The notes under the pieces: model-generated
What the model was told of the DNA's origin: nothing
Seen by the model: only the letters and a program-made list of their open reading frames with translations
The model's database searches: none
Made by a program: the position numbers and the translations under genes
Sequence record: NC_070963.1
Reading direction: 5' to 3' (one strand)
DNA: 64,000 bases
Part shown: piece after piece, positions 37,001 through 46,968 of the stretch
How the letters are laid out: each line of letters starts with the position of its first letter
How positions within the stretch are numbered: position 1 is the stretch's first letter

Positions 37001-39636
37001 ATCTTTATCCACAGTTAGATAGAGATAATATTGATTCTAATCCTCCAGCAGCAAAAACATTTGCTCTTCGTGCTCCAATTGGCGACACAAATACAAGTGA
37101 CCTGAAGAAGAGTATCACTAGAGAAACGATTGATAAATTCACTACATCTCTAGGAATTGGTCAATCAATTACTGCAACTTCTACAACACCAACCAGTTCA
37201 ACACTTACTTTTGGTAGAAGACACGGACTCGGTGCAATTGCTCTTGGCGCCATTACTGCTGGAGCATCTTATACTGATGGAACTTACTATGATATTAAAC
37301 TTTTGAACAGCAACGCAGATCCGCTTGTTGGAACTTGGAAAGGAGCAACCGCAAAAGTTGTTGTCTCTGGTGGAGCAGTAACTTCTGTTGAGATTATTTC
37401 GGCAGGATCCGGATATACAAACGGAGAAGCACTATTTTTTGATAATACTAGAATTGGATCTGGTAATGGCAATGCGAGATACACTCTATCAACTGCTGGC
37501 ATCTCCACAAGTATTGGGGATGTTGTTCAAATTACAGGTATTGGTACAACCTCAGATTCTTATCATCGAATCAGTGCAGTTAGTTCCGCAACTCAAATTT
37601 CTATTGCTAAAACTGCCGGAGATCCTAATCCTGTCATTGGTCAATATGTAGTGGTTGTTGGTCCATCTGCAAGAATTATTACAACAAGTTACAGTTCTGC
37701 AACTGGAATCGGAACATTCACAACAGCAACTCCTCACGGATTACTTGCAGGTAATAAATTTAGAATCATTGACTCCTCCAATAATAATGTTGGAGATTAC
37801 ATTGTAAAAGAAAGAGTTGGCATCACAACATTTACAGCAACAACAAATAAATCTTTGAGTGTTGTAAATGGTTTTGTATTAAAGCACGGTCTTTCTGCAA
37901 ATGATGCAATTTCTGATGTCAGAGAAGAAAACTTCGGTGTTCGTCAAACATCTTTCTATGGAAATGAAATTATAAGACTTACAACTGCAATTTCTGATGA
38001 CTCTGCTGCAACTACACTTCAAGTTTCGGCAATCACATCAGGTATTGGAACTGATGCAAGATTCTCAATGGGATCTTACATTCAGGTTGATAGTGAGGTA
38101 ATGAGAATTACATCCTCAAATAATAATTCACAATTCACTGTAATTCGTGGTGCTCTTGGAACTAGAAAAGAAACTCATGATGCTGGATCTCTGATTCGTA
38201 AGATTAATCCACTTCCTGTTGAATTCCGAAGACCATCTATTCTTCGTGCCTCTGGGCACACATTTGAGTATCTTGGATATGGTCCTGGAAATTATTCTAC
38301 AGGTCTTCCTCAAGTTCAAGTTAAATCTTTGACAGAAAGAGAAGACTTTCTTGCTCAGTCTCAAGAAAGGGCAGGTGGTATTGTTGTTTACACTGGTATG
38401 AATAACAGTGGTGACTTTTTTAGTGGAAACACCAAAACTTCATCATCTTCAGGTGAGGTTACTTCATATGATATTCCAACTCCTACCGTTACTGGAGAAG
38501 ATCCTTCCAAGTCAAGTGCTGTTTTTGATGAAGTCACTGTTAAAGAAAGACTTCTTGTTGAAGGTGGTGATTCTGGCACAATTCTGTCACAGTTTGATGG
38601 TCCAGTTACATTTAACAAACAAATCAGAGCAAAAGATGCTGTAACATTTAGCGGTCAAGTTAGAATTACTAATACGACATCTTCAGATTCTGTCGGAAAA
38701 GGTGCTCTGACTGTTAAAGGTGGAGTCGGAATTGTTGAAAACTTAAATGTTGGTGGAAATTCTAATTATACTGGAACAGTTTCAATCACAAATTCAACTC
38801 AATCTACATCAACAACTACTGGCGCATTTACAGTTGCTGGTGGAGTTGGAATTGAAAAGAATCTGAATGTTGGTGGAACACTAGCAATCACTGGAGTTTC
38901 AACATTCACTGGTCTTCTTGATGCAAATGGTGGAGCAACCATCGACAACATCAGAATTGGTGTTGCTGGTGATAATGAGATTGATACATCTACCGGCAAT
39001 TTAACAATTGATTCTGCTGGTGGAACTACAACTCTTGATGATAATGTAATCATTACAGGAATTGCAACTGTTACTGGTTTACTTGACGCGAATGGTGGTG
39101 CTTCAATTGATAACATTCAAATTGGTATTTCTGGCGACAATGAGATTGATACCTCTACCGGTAATTTAACAATTGATTCTGCTGGTGGAACTACAACTCT
39201 TGATGATAATGTCAGTGTAACTGGCACACTTTCAGTCAGCAGCACTTTAAGTGTCAATGGCAACTCAACTCTTGGTAATGACAGTGGAGACATTACAACT
39301 GTAAATGGTGAACTTAGAGTCACTGGAGACATCACTGCATTCTATACTTCTGACCAAAGATTTAAGGATAATATTGCTCCAATTGAAGACCCACTTGCAA
39401 AAGTGCTCTCAATCAGTGGTAATACCTATACTTGGAATGAACAATCTGGAAAAGAAGGTAATGATGTTGGTGTCATTGCTCAAGAAATTTTAGAAGTTCT
39501 TCCTGAAGCAGTTGCAACTAGAGATAATGGATACCTTGCCGTTGAGTATCATAAGATTGTTCCACTACTTGTTGAGGCAATTAAGGAACTTTCTGCAAAG
39601 GTTGAATCTCTTGAGCAAAAACTCCAAGATAAATAA
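34051..39636 (+). CDS. large tail fibre / structural protein with C-terminal intramolecular chaperone (peptidase S74-like)
   Basis: 1861 aa; N-terminal pectin-lyase-like region; C-terminal TSDQRFKDNI...GNTY.W...GVIAQEI..VLPEAV...Y.K.VPLLVEAIKEL. Confidence 0.85.
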   Translation: MPLNKLDNFIKNVDGRTLYVNPNDLDATDSITNTGNSLAQPFKTIQRALLEAARFSFVNGKDNDLVEKTTILVFPGEHVIDNRPGFAIYDNGGTAYTVPPTGGIGSPAQGVLSLELDSNFDLTQEDNILYKFNSINGGVVVPRGTSIIGLDLRKTKLRPKYVPNPTDDLVAKSAIFRVTGACYFWQFSFFDGDESGLVYTHPSFFTSNYQSTPRFSHHKLTCFEYADGVNEVGTYGLTDLDMYYSKLSNAFNSYRPIPATAKFPASTEDFAKRNSEWQIVGAFASDPIDISTIISGNGTTASTQVTVTTAEAHNLNVGTPIKIKGVSASEYNIASTVQSVISDTQFTYLLETFPITLPANPSASGATVTVETDTVSGASPYIFNISLRSVWGMNGMLADGAKASGFRSMVVAQFTAVSLQKDDRAFVKYDKETRTYNGVIYSTVYGGDLPTGASQTDTTKVYHLDPNAIYRHGWETSHIKVTNDSFIQVVSVFAIGFNKHFDLESGGDASITNSNSNFGQISLNSDGYKAEAFEKDNNAFITSIITPRDISPVEEDIEWLSIDVGLTTSVGITTHLYLFGLNASDSIPVSVTQGYRIGARVEDKLYLSIGSTEYSANIYMQDGITSSSKSYNVTSVSSSILTLGSHTLQTGEKIIINSETGDLPENVTPHIVYYAIRVNSTQIKLATSFTNALNNEALTLYGGTQLKVYSRVSDKIAGDIGSPIQFNSAAGNWYITVNSANQIYNQLNTLGVAELGETTDLTYVKRIVDERSLDERVYKIRAVIPKELTAAKDPEEGFIIQDSSTTGARPNDFTRTSIASTDYNYKKNQRFITTCSVSSNTVTVLSELPHDLNIGDIVVVKNVTDSNNLTGTDDRGYNGRFRVASVVDDMSFTYSTTDLSGRVHTPGATSINNIDLRVTDEQVRNLPRFERNDLQQNLYIYRNEVISPYVEGQQDGIYHLYVLNASNGIPEEFVNLEYSQSPVDLYPQLDRDNIDSNPPAAKTFALRAPIGDTNTSDLKKSITRETIDKFTTSLGIGQSITATSTTPTSSTLTFGRRHGLGAIALGAITAGASYTDGTYYDIKLLNSNADPLVGTWKGATAKVVVSGGAVTSVEIISAGSGYTNGEALFFDNTRIGSGNGNARYTLSTAGISTSIGDVVQITGIGTTSDSYHRISAVSSATQISIAKTAGDPNPVIGQYVVVVGPSARIITTSYSSATGIGTFTTATPHGLLAGNKFRIIDSSNNNVGDYIVKERVGITTFTATTNKSLSVVNGFVLKHGLSANDAISDVREENFGVRQTSFYGNEIIRLTTAISDDSAATTLQVSAITSGIGTDARFSMGSYIQVDSEVMRITSSNNNSQFTVIRGALGTRKETHDAGSLIRKINPLPVEFRRPSILRASGHTFEYLGYGPGNYSTGLPQVQVKSLTEREDFLAQSQERAGGIVVYTGMNNSGDFFSGNTKTSSSSGEVTSYDIPTPTVTGEDPSKSSAVFDEVTVKERLLVEGGDSGTILSQFDGPVTFNKQIRAKDAVTFSGQVRITNTTSSDSVGKGALTVKGGVGIVENLNVGGNSNYTGTVSITNSTQSTSTTTGAFTVAGGVGIEKNLNVGGTLAITGVSTFTGLLDANGGATIDNIRIGVAGDNEIDTSTGNLTIDSAGGTTTLDDNVIITGIATVTGLLDANGGASIDNIQIGISGDNEIDTSTGNLTIDSAGGTTTLDDNVSVTGTLSVSSTLSVNGNSTLGNDSGDITTVNGELRVTGDITAFYTSDQRFKDNIAPIEDPLAKVLSISGNTYTWNEQSGKEGNDVGVIAQEILEVLPEAVATRDNGYLAVEYHKIVPLLVEAIKELSAKVESLEQKLQDK
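38908..39213 (+). repeat. tandem 165 nt (55 aa) duplication in fibre gene
   Basis: TGLLDANGGA.IDNI.IG..GDNEIDTSTGNLTIDSAGGTTTLDDNV occurs twice. Confidence 0.85.
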
Positions 39637-39652
39637 CTAAAAAACGTATAAG

Positions 39653-41656
39653 ATGGCAAATTATAAAAAGTCATTTAATTTTAGAAATGGCGTTCAAGTT
39701 GATGAAGATAATTTTGTCGTAAATGCAAATGGTTTGGTTGGAATCGGAACAACGATTCCTGAAGGTTATCTTTTAAATGTGTATGGTGACACAAGAGTTA
39801 CTGGAGTTGTAACTGCAAGTCAATTAAATGTTGGAGTTGCAACGGTTGGTTTTCTTACAGCAACTGGGGCGTCAGTTTCTGGAGTAGTGACTGCAGCATC
39901 TTTCTCTGGAAGTGCTGCTGGTTTGACAGGAATCTATGCCATCGCTGTAGATGGTTGGTATGTTTCTACAGGAAGTATTTCTACCACATCAAATGTCGGA
40001 ATCGGCACCACATTACCAACAGGTACTTTCCAAGTTGGTGCTGCAGTTACAATCAATAACAATGGAAATGCAACATATACTGGAATCATAACTGCCGCTG
40101 GATTTACAGGTGTTGGAACTGTATCTGCAGCAACTTTTGTTGGTTCTGGTGCCAATATTACAAATCTAAATGCATCTAATATTGCATCAGGAACATTATC
40201 AAATAATAGACTTCCATCAGACATTAGTGTTTCTGGTATTATAACTGCTTCTAAATTTAGTGGACCCGGAGATGCTATTACTGACTTAAATGCATCGGTA
40301 ATCACGTCAGGAACACTATCAAATGATAGATTGCCATCAAATATTAATGTTGCTGGAATCGTAACTGCTTCGAGTTTTGTTGGTTCTGGAATTGGACTTA
40401 CACAACTTAATGCAAGCAATGTAGAATCTGGAACTCTTTCAAATAGCAGACTTCCAGCAAATATCAGTGTCTCTGGAATCGTAACTGCAACTACTTTTGT
40501 TGGTAATTTAACCGGAACTGCTACTACTGCAACTGCTCTATCAGGAAGTCCAAATATTGTTGTTGGTATTGCAACAGCATCTAATTCTGTAAATGTTGGA
40601 ACCGCAGGAACAGGATTTGCAGCATTAAGCACTGGAAACATTGGTGTAGGAACTGCAATTCCAACATCAGAACTACAAATTATTAAAAATAATAACTCTT
40701 TAGTAGAAGTTATTTCACAAACAAACCAAGCAAGAATTAGTATTGGTCAATCTGTTGGTGTTGGTAGAAGCACTGCAGTATTGAGATTTGGAAGCACAAA
40801 TAAAACTTTTGATATTTTAAATAATGATACTGGAAACATAAATCTTTATCTTCATGCTGGTCCTTCAGGAATTGGAACAGGAAGATTTGATTGGATTTAT
40901 GGTCAGACAAATACTGAATTAATGTCTCTGACTTATGGTGGTAGATTGGGTATTGGAATTACAAACCCATCAAGTAATCTACACGTTGTTGGAACTTCAA
41001 CTGTTACTAGTAACGCTCATTTTGGAAGTAATGTAACAGTTGTTGGAAATCTAACTGCCGGAAGTATTACACTTCCATCATTAATTACAAATACAAATAT
41101 TATTAACTCTTCCGGTGTTTCTACATTCTTTGATTTAAATGTATCTGATAATTTATTAATTACTAACAATATTGGAATCGGAACCACATCATCAATCACA
41201 GATTTAGACGCTAGGGGAAAAACTGCATTATTTGGAAGCATTGGAATTAATACAAATGTAGTTCCAACGGAAAGTTTAGTTGTAGGTGGTTACACATATT
41301 CTAATGGTGTCGGAATTGGAACTACAACAACAAACGCACATTTAGGTGTTTATGGAAACATTAATGTATATCCACCAAAAGATGGATATCAATCTATCAT
41401 TAATGTTTATGGTGGAAATGCAATTTTTGATAATACCTCTACAGTTGGTATAGGAACCACAGTTGCTCTAGCAGCGGTCGATTTCTCAAATGCTGGATAT
41501 GGAATTACAAATAAAATTGCTTCGTTTATGATTATTCCAAGAGTCACTGCATCAGAAAGAGTTGGACTAATCACTCAAATTGGTGCAATTGTTTATAACT
41601 TAACGACAAATAAGTTTCAGGGATACACTGGAGTTGGTTGGACTGACTTTCATTAA
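39653..41656 (+). CDS. tail fibre protein
   Basis: Many GIGT motifs; C-terminal P..T..ER...G.IVYN.TTNKFQGY..GW. Confidence 0.8.
   Translation: MANYKKSFNFRNGVQVDEDNFVVNANGLVGIGTTIPEGYLLNVYGDTRVTGVVTASQLNVGVATVGFLTATGASVSGVVTAASFSGSAAGLTGIYAIAVDGWYVSTGSISTTSNVGIGTTLPTGTFQVGAAVTINNNGNATYTGIITAAGFTGVGTVSAATFVGSGANITNLNASNIASGTLSNNRLPSDISVSGIITASKFSGPGDAITDLNASVITSGTLSNDRLPSNINVAGIVTASSFVGSGIGLTQLNASNVESGTLSNSRLPANISVSGIVTATTFVGNLTGTATTATALSGSPNIVVGIATASNSVNVGTAGTGFAALSTGNIGVGTAIPTSELQIIKNNNSLVEVISQTNQARISIGQSVGVGRSTAVLRFGSTNKTFDILNNDTGNINLYLHAGPSGIGTGRFDWIYGQTNTELMSLTYGGRLGIGITNPSSNLHVVGTSTVTSNAHFGSNVTVVGNLTAGSITLPSLITNTNIINSSGVSTFFDLNVSDNLLITNNIGIGTTSSITDLDARGKTALFGSIGINTNVVPTESLVVGGYTYSNGVGIGTTTTNAHLGVYGNINVYPPKDGYQSIINVYGGNAIFDNTSTVGIGTTVALAAVDFSNAGYGITNKIASFMIIPRVTASERVGLITQIGAIVYNLTTNKFQGYTGVGWTDFH
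40130..40505 (+). repeat. three tandem 40 aa repeats
   Basis: F.G.G..IT.LNAS...SGTLSN.RLP..I.V.GI.TA repeated with a 120 nt period. Confidence 0.85.
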
Positions 41657-41679
41657 ATAGTATGAGTTAATTTGTAAGT

Positions 41680-43137
41680 ATGAAAAAATTTGTAATTCTT
41701 GGGTCTGGAACTTCTGGATTGATTGCTGCTACGATGATAAAGAAACGCTGGGGAGATGAAGTTAGCGTTTCTTTGTATTATGATGCAAAGAAGAAAAATA
41801 TTGCAGTTGGAGAAAGTACAACACCAATTGTCACATACTTCTTAAAAAAGTATTTGGATGTAGATATCAGTGAATTTTTAAAAGATACTGGAAGCACAGT
41901 TAAACTTGGAATCAATTTTAAAGATTGGATTCCTGGAGTAGAATACTTTCACGGATTTCCTGAACTTGATTTTTCTAATACTCATTATCCAGAAAGTTTA
42001 TATTCTATTTTAATTGGAGATTATGATGGTGGAATGAATTACTCAAAGGCAACGACAACATTGCCGAGTCATACATTTAGATTTGTTCACGCATTACATA
42101 TAGACACACAAATACTGTCACAATATCTTCAGGAAAAAATTGAAGACCAAATTGAAATTATTGATGATATTGCAGAAAAAGTAAACTCTGATGGTGAAAA
42201 TATTCAAAGTATAATATTTCAAAAAAGTGGAGAAGTTACTGCAGATTTTTATATCGATGCCTCTGGATTTAACTCTCTTCTACTAAAAGAATTAAATCCG
42301 AAGTGGAAAGATATATCAGATTACTTACCAATTAATAGGGCAATTCCTCAACAAATCCCATATCAATTTACAGAAGTTCCTTCTTATACATTGGCAGAAG
42401 CAACCGAAAATGGTTGGATATGGCAAATTCCAATTGGAAATAGATATGGAACTGGATATCTGTATTCTTCTAGATTCACTTCTGATGAAGAAGCAAGAGA
42501 AAAATATAACCAGTGGATGTTAGATAATTTTAATGTTGAACTTCAAACTGATAGAATCATTCATTATAATCCAGGATATTATGAAAATCACTGGATTGGA
42601 AATTGTATGGCAGTTGGATTATCAAGTGGTTTCGTAGAACCTTTGGAATCCACTGGTATTCACATTATTGTGCAGCAAATGAAAGATTTTATTGATTACA
42701 ATCCAACGTTGAGTAATTTAAAATATAATCGTATGGAATGCAATCGTCGCTGCAATAGTTTATATAAAGAAGTTGTAGAATTTGTATGCTTACATTACAA
42801 TACAAATCGTACAGATTCTGATTTTTGGAGATATATGACTTCTCACAAATCAGAATGGGTAGAAGCATTCGACCAAAAATGTAGAGAAGAATTTCTAGAA
42901 GAAACAAGTATTGAAAGAGAAAAAGAATTCTGGCACGTGGATAGTTATATTCAAGTTGCTCAGGGACTCAGAATGTTTAACCCAGAATCAATTCGAAAAT
43001 TTATAAATTCATTACCAAATGGAAATGAGATTTTAGAAAATTGTCGTCTTCGTTATGAAGAGGTTCAAAGAGCAAAAAAACAGAATATGAATGTTCCTCA
43101 TAGGTCTGTTTTAAATGGTTCAGTTATCATAAATTGA
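41680..43137 (+). CDS. flavin-dependent (tryptophan-halogenase family) halogenase
   Basis: VILGSGTSG FAD motif, VGESTTP, FYIDASG, GWIWQIP (WxWxIP), FVEPLESTG. Confidence 0.9.
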   Translation: MKKFVILGSGTSGLIAATMIKKRWGDEVSVSLYYDAKKKNIAVGESTTPIVTYFLKKYLDVDISEFLKDTGSTVKLGINFKDWIPGVEYFHGFPELDFSNTHYPESLYSILIGDYDGGMNYSKATTTLPSHTFRFVHALHIDTQILSQYLQEKIEDQIEIIDDIAEKVNSDGENIQSIIFQKSGEVTADFYIDASGFNSLLLKELNPKWKDISDYLPINRAIPQQIPYQFTEVPSYTLAEATENGWIWQIPIGNRYGTGYLYSSRFTSDEEAREKYNQWMLDNFNVELQTDRIIHYNPGYYENHWIGNCMAVGLSSGFVEPLESTGIHIIVQQMKDFIDYNPTLSNLKYNRMECNRRCNSLYKEVVEFVCLHYNTNRTDSDFWRYMTSHKSEWVEAFDQKCREEFLEETSIEREKEFWHVDSYIQVAQGLRMFNPESIRKFINSLPNGNEILENCRLRYEEVQRAKKQNMNVPHRSVLNGSVIIN

Positions 43138-43172
43138 AGTCCTAAGAATAAATAAAGAAAAATCCAACTGAA

Positions 43173-44261
43173 ATGTCAGCATCTGTAACAAAAGCAGGAC
43201 CATATTACTCTTCTGGGTCTATTTCTTTTAGTTCCTTACGAACTAACTTTAAGGAATCTGATTCTGGGTCTATTAGTGCTTCGGAGTTGAGAAGAAATAC
43301 AACAACTACAAATACAAATCCAACTGTTCCAGATGCAACAGAAAATAGCAGTATTTCTACTGCCTCTAATTTAGCAATATCTCAATTTAGAAATTCAATC
43401 AAGTATTATTATATCACACAAACTGGAACTGATGTTAATTTTGATATTGATGCTCAATCTTGGAACAGTAATTTAAACAAAAACATCCGAAAGTGGATGT
43501 ATATAAATGGAACTTGTGGATCTAACTCAATATCTTCAACTGCCGTAGATTTTAACGCAACTGCATATAACTTAACTGTTGATGTTTCTGGTGGCATTTA
43601 TGGTGCTGCTGGTTCTGGAGGAACTGCTGCCACAATTAGTGGTGGTAGTGGAGGAACTGCTCTCTCTGTAAATTCTTCTGGGGGAAATAATATTGTCGTA
43701 TTTGTAAGAGACAGTGCAAATATCTATGGTGGTGGTGGAGGAGGAGAAAAAGGTGCTACAGGTGCTACTGGAAGTCCAGGAACTTGCACAGATTCTTATA
43801 CTGCATCACAGTGTGGTAGTTGTCCGGAGTGTCCATCACCTTATGTAAATGGTTCTTGCTGGGGTGGTGGAGAATGTGGAAGAAGACAAGTTTGTAACTG
43901 GTGGGGAAACTGTTGGTGGGAAGCAAGTCAATGGACTCAATATAGAACTTGCACCAGAACTTATGGAGTTTCTGGAGGAACTGGTGGTGCTGGTGGTGAT
44001 GGAGGCACTGGTAGAGGATACAATAATGCAGGGTCTCTAGCAGGTGCAGCAGGGGCAGCAGGAGGTTCTAACAATGGTTGTGGGTCTACGAATGGTGCTA
44101 CTGGAGAGACTGGTGGAAGCGGTGGAGATTGGGGTTCTAGTGGTGTAAATACTGCAAACAGTGGAAATGGAGGCCCTTCTGGAAGAGCAATTTCAGGGTC
44201 TAACTATTCTGTTTCTGGAACAATTAACTCATCAACAATTAAGGGATTATACCTACCATAA
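43173..44261 (+). CDS. Gly-rich virion structural protein with Cys/Trp-rich insert
   Basis: Collagen-like GAxG/GGxG runs; CGSCPECP...CWGGGECG...CNWWGNCWW block. Confidence 0.65.
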   Translation: MSASVTKAGPYYSSGSISFSSLRTNFKESDSGSISASELRRNTTTTNTNPTVPDATENSSISTASNLAISQFRNSIKYYYITQTGTDVNFDIDAQSWNSNLNKNIRKWMYINGTCGSNSISSTAVDFNATAYNLTVDVSGGIYGAAGSGGTAATISGGSGGTALSVNSSGGNNIVVFVRDSANIYGGGGGGEKGATGATGSPGTCTDSYTASQCGSCPECPSPYVNGSCWGGGECGRRQVCNWWGNCWWEASQWTQYRTCTRTYGVSGGTGGAGGDGGTGRGYNNAGSLAGAAGAAGGSNNGCGSTNGATGETGGSGGDWGSSGVNTANSGNGGPSGRAISGSNYSVSGTINSSTIKGLYLP

Positions 44262-44281
44262 TAAATATTTGAAACTTTGAA

Positions 44282-44626
44282 TTGATTAAAATGTCTGAAA
44301 ATCAAGATTATCCATCATTAATTGAGCAAGGAAAAAACCTAGCAAAGTTTTCTTGGGATCTCATCAATTACATTCAAAAGAATCAAGATAAAGTATTGTT
44401 TGTTTCTGATGATGTTTATGAGGAAAGAATTAATACTTGTAAGGAATGTGAAAAGTATAACGAATTAGAAAATCGTTGTAAAGAATGTGGATGTTTTATT
44501 CCTGCAAAGGCAAAGATTATTCTTGATAGTTGTCCTTTGAATAAATGGAAAGAAGACAAAGAAAGTTGGGATAAGAAGTTTGAGGATATTGCAAAAAACC
44601 TTGACAAACCTCAAGAATCCCATTAG
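44282..44626 (+). CDS. small Cys-rich protein (DUF6171-like)
   Basis: R...C..C.K......RC..CGCF..AK......CP..KW pattern. Confidence 0.6.
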   Translation: MIKMSENQDYPSLIEQGKNLAKFSWDLINYIQKNQDKVLFVSDDVYEERINTCKECEKYNELENRCKECGCFIPAKAKIILDSCPLNKWKEDKESWDKKFEDIAKNLDKPQESH

Positions 44627-44669
44627 AATAGGTTTGTTCCTTTTGAGATAAAGGTTTAAGCTTCTATAA

Positions 44670-44733
44670 GGACACTTTAGAAACCGTCCACCGGGTCACA
44701 TCGAGGGCGGTTTTCTGCTATAATACTTCCATA
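44670..44733 (+). promoter_or_regulatory. repeated early-promoter cassette copy 2
   Basis: GACACTT-N4-AACCGTCCAC, stem, TATAATACT. Confidence 0.7.
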
Positions 44734-44748
44734 CACAATGAAACTCCA

Positions 44749-45978
44749 GTGATTCAACTCCGTCCTCATCAGGATCATGCAATTGGCATGATGTCTAAGC
44801 ATGATAAAGGAATTATCTGTGCTGTAACCGGTGCAGGTAAGACTCTGATTGGCGTCTTTGATACCATGAAACAGTTCGAACAAGAAGAAGATCAAACAGT
44901 CGTTGTAGTTGCTCCACGACTGATGCTTGCAAATCAATTGTCCCATGAGTATCTGGAATTTATTACCAATGCTTCTGTTTTTCACTGCCACAGTGGAGAT
45001 ACAACACATGAGTCTTCTACAAATCCCAATGTGATTCGTAAGTGGGTTAATAACACTCCTGGACATAAGTTGATCTTTACAACTTATCATTCTCTTCATC
45101 GTTTGATTGAATCTGATATTGTGATTCATACTGCACATTTAGATGAAGCACACAATTCTGTACAGAAAAACTTTTTTCCTTTTGTAGAGAAATTGTCTGA
45201 AGTATCGAAGCGTTTTTATTCCTATACTGCAACGTTAAAGTATTCTTCACAGTTTAATAAACCTGGAATGAACTGGGGTAGAGTTTATGGACAAGTGATT
45301 GTAAATATTTCTGCTCCTGAGATGATTTCTAGTGGTTTTATTGTTCCTCCTCAAATTCTTCCTCAACAGATCAAATCTAATCGTGAAAAAGAGTTTGCGG
45401 CAGAGCGTGATTGCATGACTCTTCTAGATACGATTCTCAATGAGGATAATATGCAGAAGGTTCTTGTGGCAGCACCGAACACTAAGGTTCTGATTCGTAT
45501 GCTTGCCGAAACTGAATTCATGACCGAAGTGCAATCTTATGGGTATGAACTTCTTTGGATCACATCTAAGTATGGTGCATTCATCAACAATCAGAAAGTG
45601 AGCAGGGAACAATTTTTCAATACCTTGAAGACCTATGGTAGTGATCCATCTAAAAAGTTTATTCTTCTTCACTATAGCATTCTCTCTGAAGGTATTGATT
45701 GCCCAGGATTGACCTCCTGTATCCTCATGAGAAACCTTGATTACATTTCTATGGCACAAACCATTGGTAGGATCATTCGCCTTCATCCAGACGATTCTAA
45801 GCGCCTCTCAGAAGGTTCTCTGATTCCTGGGAAAACGGAAGATTATGTGAAGTCCTATGGTTTTATTCATGTTCCGGTGTATAGTAACACTGGTATTGCA
45901 ACTGCTCGACGACTTCAGAGTGTTGCAGAGACAATTTTTATAAAGGGTCAACCTGTAATTTCAACTATTCAAAAGTGA
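44749..45978 (+). CDS. superfamily 2 DNA/RNA helicase
   Basis: TGAGKT, DEAH, TAT, LSEGIDCP, QTIGRIIR motifs. Confidence 0.9.
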   Translation: MIQLRPHQDHAIGMMSKHDKGIICAVTGAGKTLIGVFDTMKQFEQEEDQTVVVVAPRLMLANQLSHEYLEFITNASVFHCHSGDTTHESSTNPNVIRKWVNNTPGHKLIFTTYHSLHRLIESDIVIHTAHLDEAHNSVQKNFFPFVEKLSEVSKRFYSYTATLKYSSQFNKPGMNWGRVYGQVIVNISAPEMISSGFIVPPQILPQQIKSNREKEFAAERDCMTLLDTILNEDNMQKVLVAAPNTKVLIRMLAETEFMTEVQSYGYELLWITSKYGAFINNQKVSREQFFNTLKTYGSDPSKKFILLHYSILSEGIDCPGLTSCILMRNLDYISMAQTIGRIIRLHPDDSKRLSEGSLIPGKTEDYVKSYGFIHVPVYSNTGIATARRLQSVAETIFIKGQPVISTIQK

Positions 45979-45989
45979 GGTTCTGAATC

Positions 45990-46130
45990 ATGAAACACCG
46001 AGTTATGTGCATGGTCAGTGGGCAGACATTCTATGTGGAGTGTTATGCTCGCAATCGACAAGAGGCAATTCAAGTTGCTCTTTCACAATATCCAAATGCC
46101 CGTGTTATGTCTTCTACGGTTGTGTTTTGA
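45990..46130 (+). CDS. small hypothetical (46 aa)
   Basis: Hand translation MKHRVMCMVSGQTFYVECYARNRQEAIQVALSQYPNARV. Confidence 0.55.
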   Translation: MKHRVMCMVSGQTFYVECYARNRQEAIQVALSQYPNARVMSSTVVF

Positions 46131-46351
46131 TGAATATTCCGAATGAAGGTCTTCTGAATCCAATTCCTGGAGATCCTGCAGGTTACGTAACTAAAGATCT
46201 TGAATGGGCAGCAGTTCCGTTTGGAAAAAAGTTTATTATCATTCACAACGGACAACAAGTTCACACTGCTAACAACTACAAGACTGCAAGGTCTTATATT
46301 GCGAAAGCAGTTAAAGGTAAATCCGTCTCAAGTTTGGACAAATTTCTATGA
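46130..46351 (+). CDS. conserved cyanophage hypothetical
   Basis: MNIPNEGLL...GYVTKD..WAAVP.GKKFIIIHNG.Q; overlapping stop/start. Confidence 0.6.
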   Translation: MNIPNEGLLNPIPGDPAGYVTKDLEWAAVPFGKKFIIIHNGQQVHTANNYKTARSYIAKAVKGKSVSSLDKFL

Positions 46352-46949
46352 AAACTCTACTTGCTTCTGCAGTTATTCTTTTCACTCCAGCAGCATTTGC
46401 TCAAGAGGTTTATCCAATTAATGTGAATAAACTTTGTGCTGCCATTGTCGGTATTCCTTACGCTTCTGACAATTTTTCAGATGAAGAATGGGAAAAGTTT
46501 AAGACCTGTGTAGAAAATGTCAAAACATATCAAGATTAAATAATACACTATCTTAAAAATGAATATGTCTTATTACATATGGTTCATTATATTTGCAGTG
46601 GTGGCATACTTTATCGTAACTGATAATAGTGTTGCTGCTGCTTTTGATTATGTAATGAGACTCTTAAAATTAGAATATGAAAAGCGTAAATGGTGGTTGC
46701 TGAATAATCCAAGAAATCCCATCGTAAAATATCTGATTTGGAGACGCTCATACAAACTTGCCAAACAAATTGAAAATGAAATCCAAATGGAACGTCAATC
46801 CAGAATGTCTGACAACAATAGCGAGATTGCTGAGTGAATTGGAAGGAGTATCATATATTCTTGACTGTCTTGAAGATGAAGAAGCATCTGAGTATATTTC
46901 TAAATTAAAGAAAAAGTATTATAAAGAATATTTTCGTAGAAATAAATAA
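46348..46949 (+). other. three small overlapping hypothetical ORFs (46348-46539 secreted-like, 46559-46837 membrane, about 46776-46949)
   Basis: ORF track, tight packing. Confidence 0.5.
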
Positions 46950-46968
46950 CCATATATGGAGATTATAA

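Larger units (their letters stand above)
1..44282. promoter_or_regulatory. T4-type late promoters (TAAATA/TATAAATA) before most structural genes
   Basis: TAAATA lies just upstream of the starts at 22, 1480, 3071, 4031, 4303, 6243, 7334, 8395, 9276, 9568, 10630, 34051, 39653, 41680, 43173 and 44282. Confidence 0.75.

Noticed and set aside
39934-40641. 235 aa minus-strand ORF
   Set aside because: Shadow of the repetitive fibre gene; likewise other antisense ORFs over fibre genes (900, 3094, 7420, 9684, 38799).
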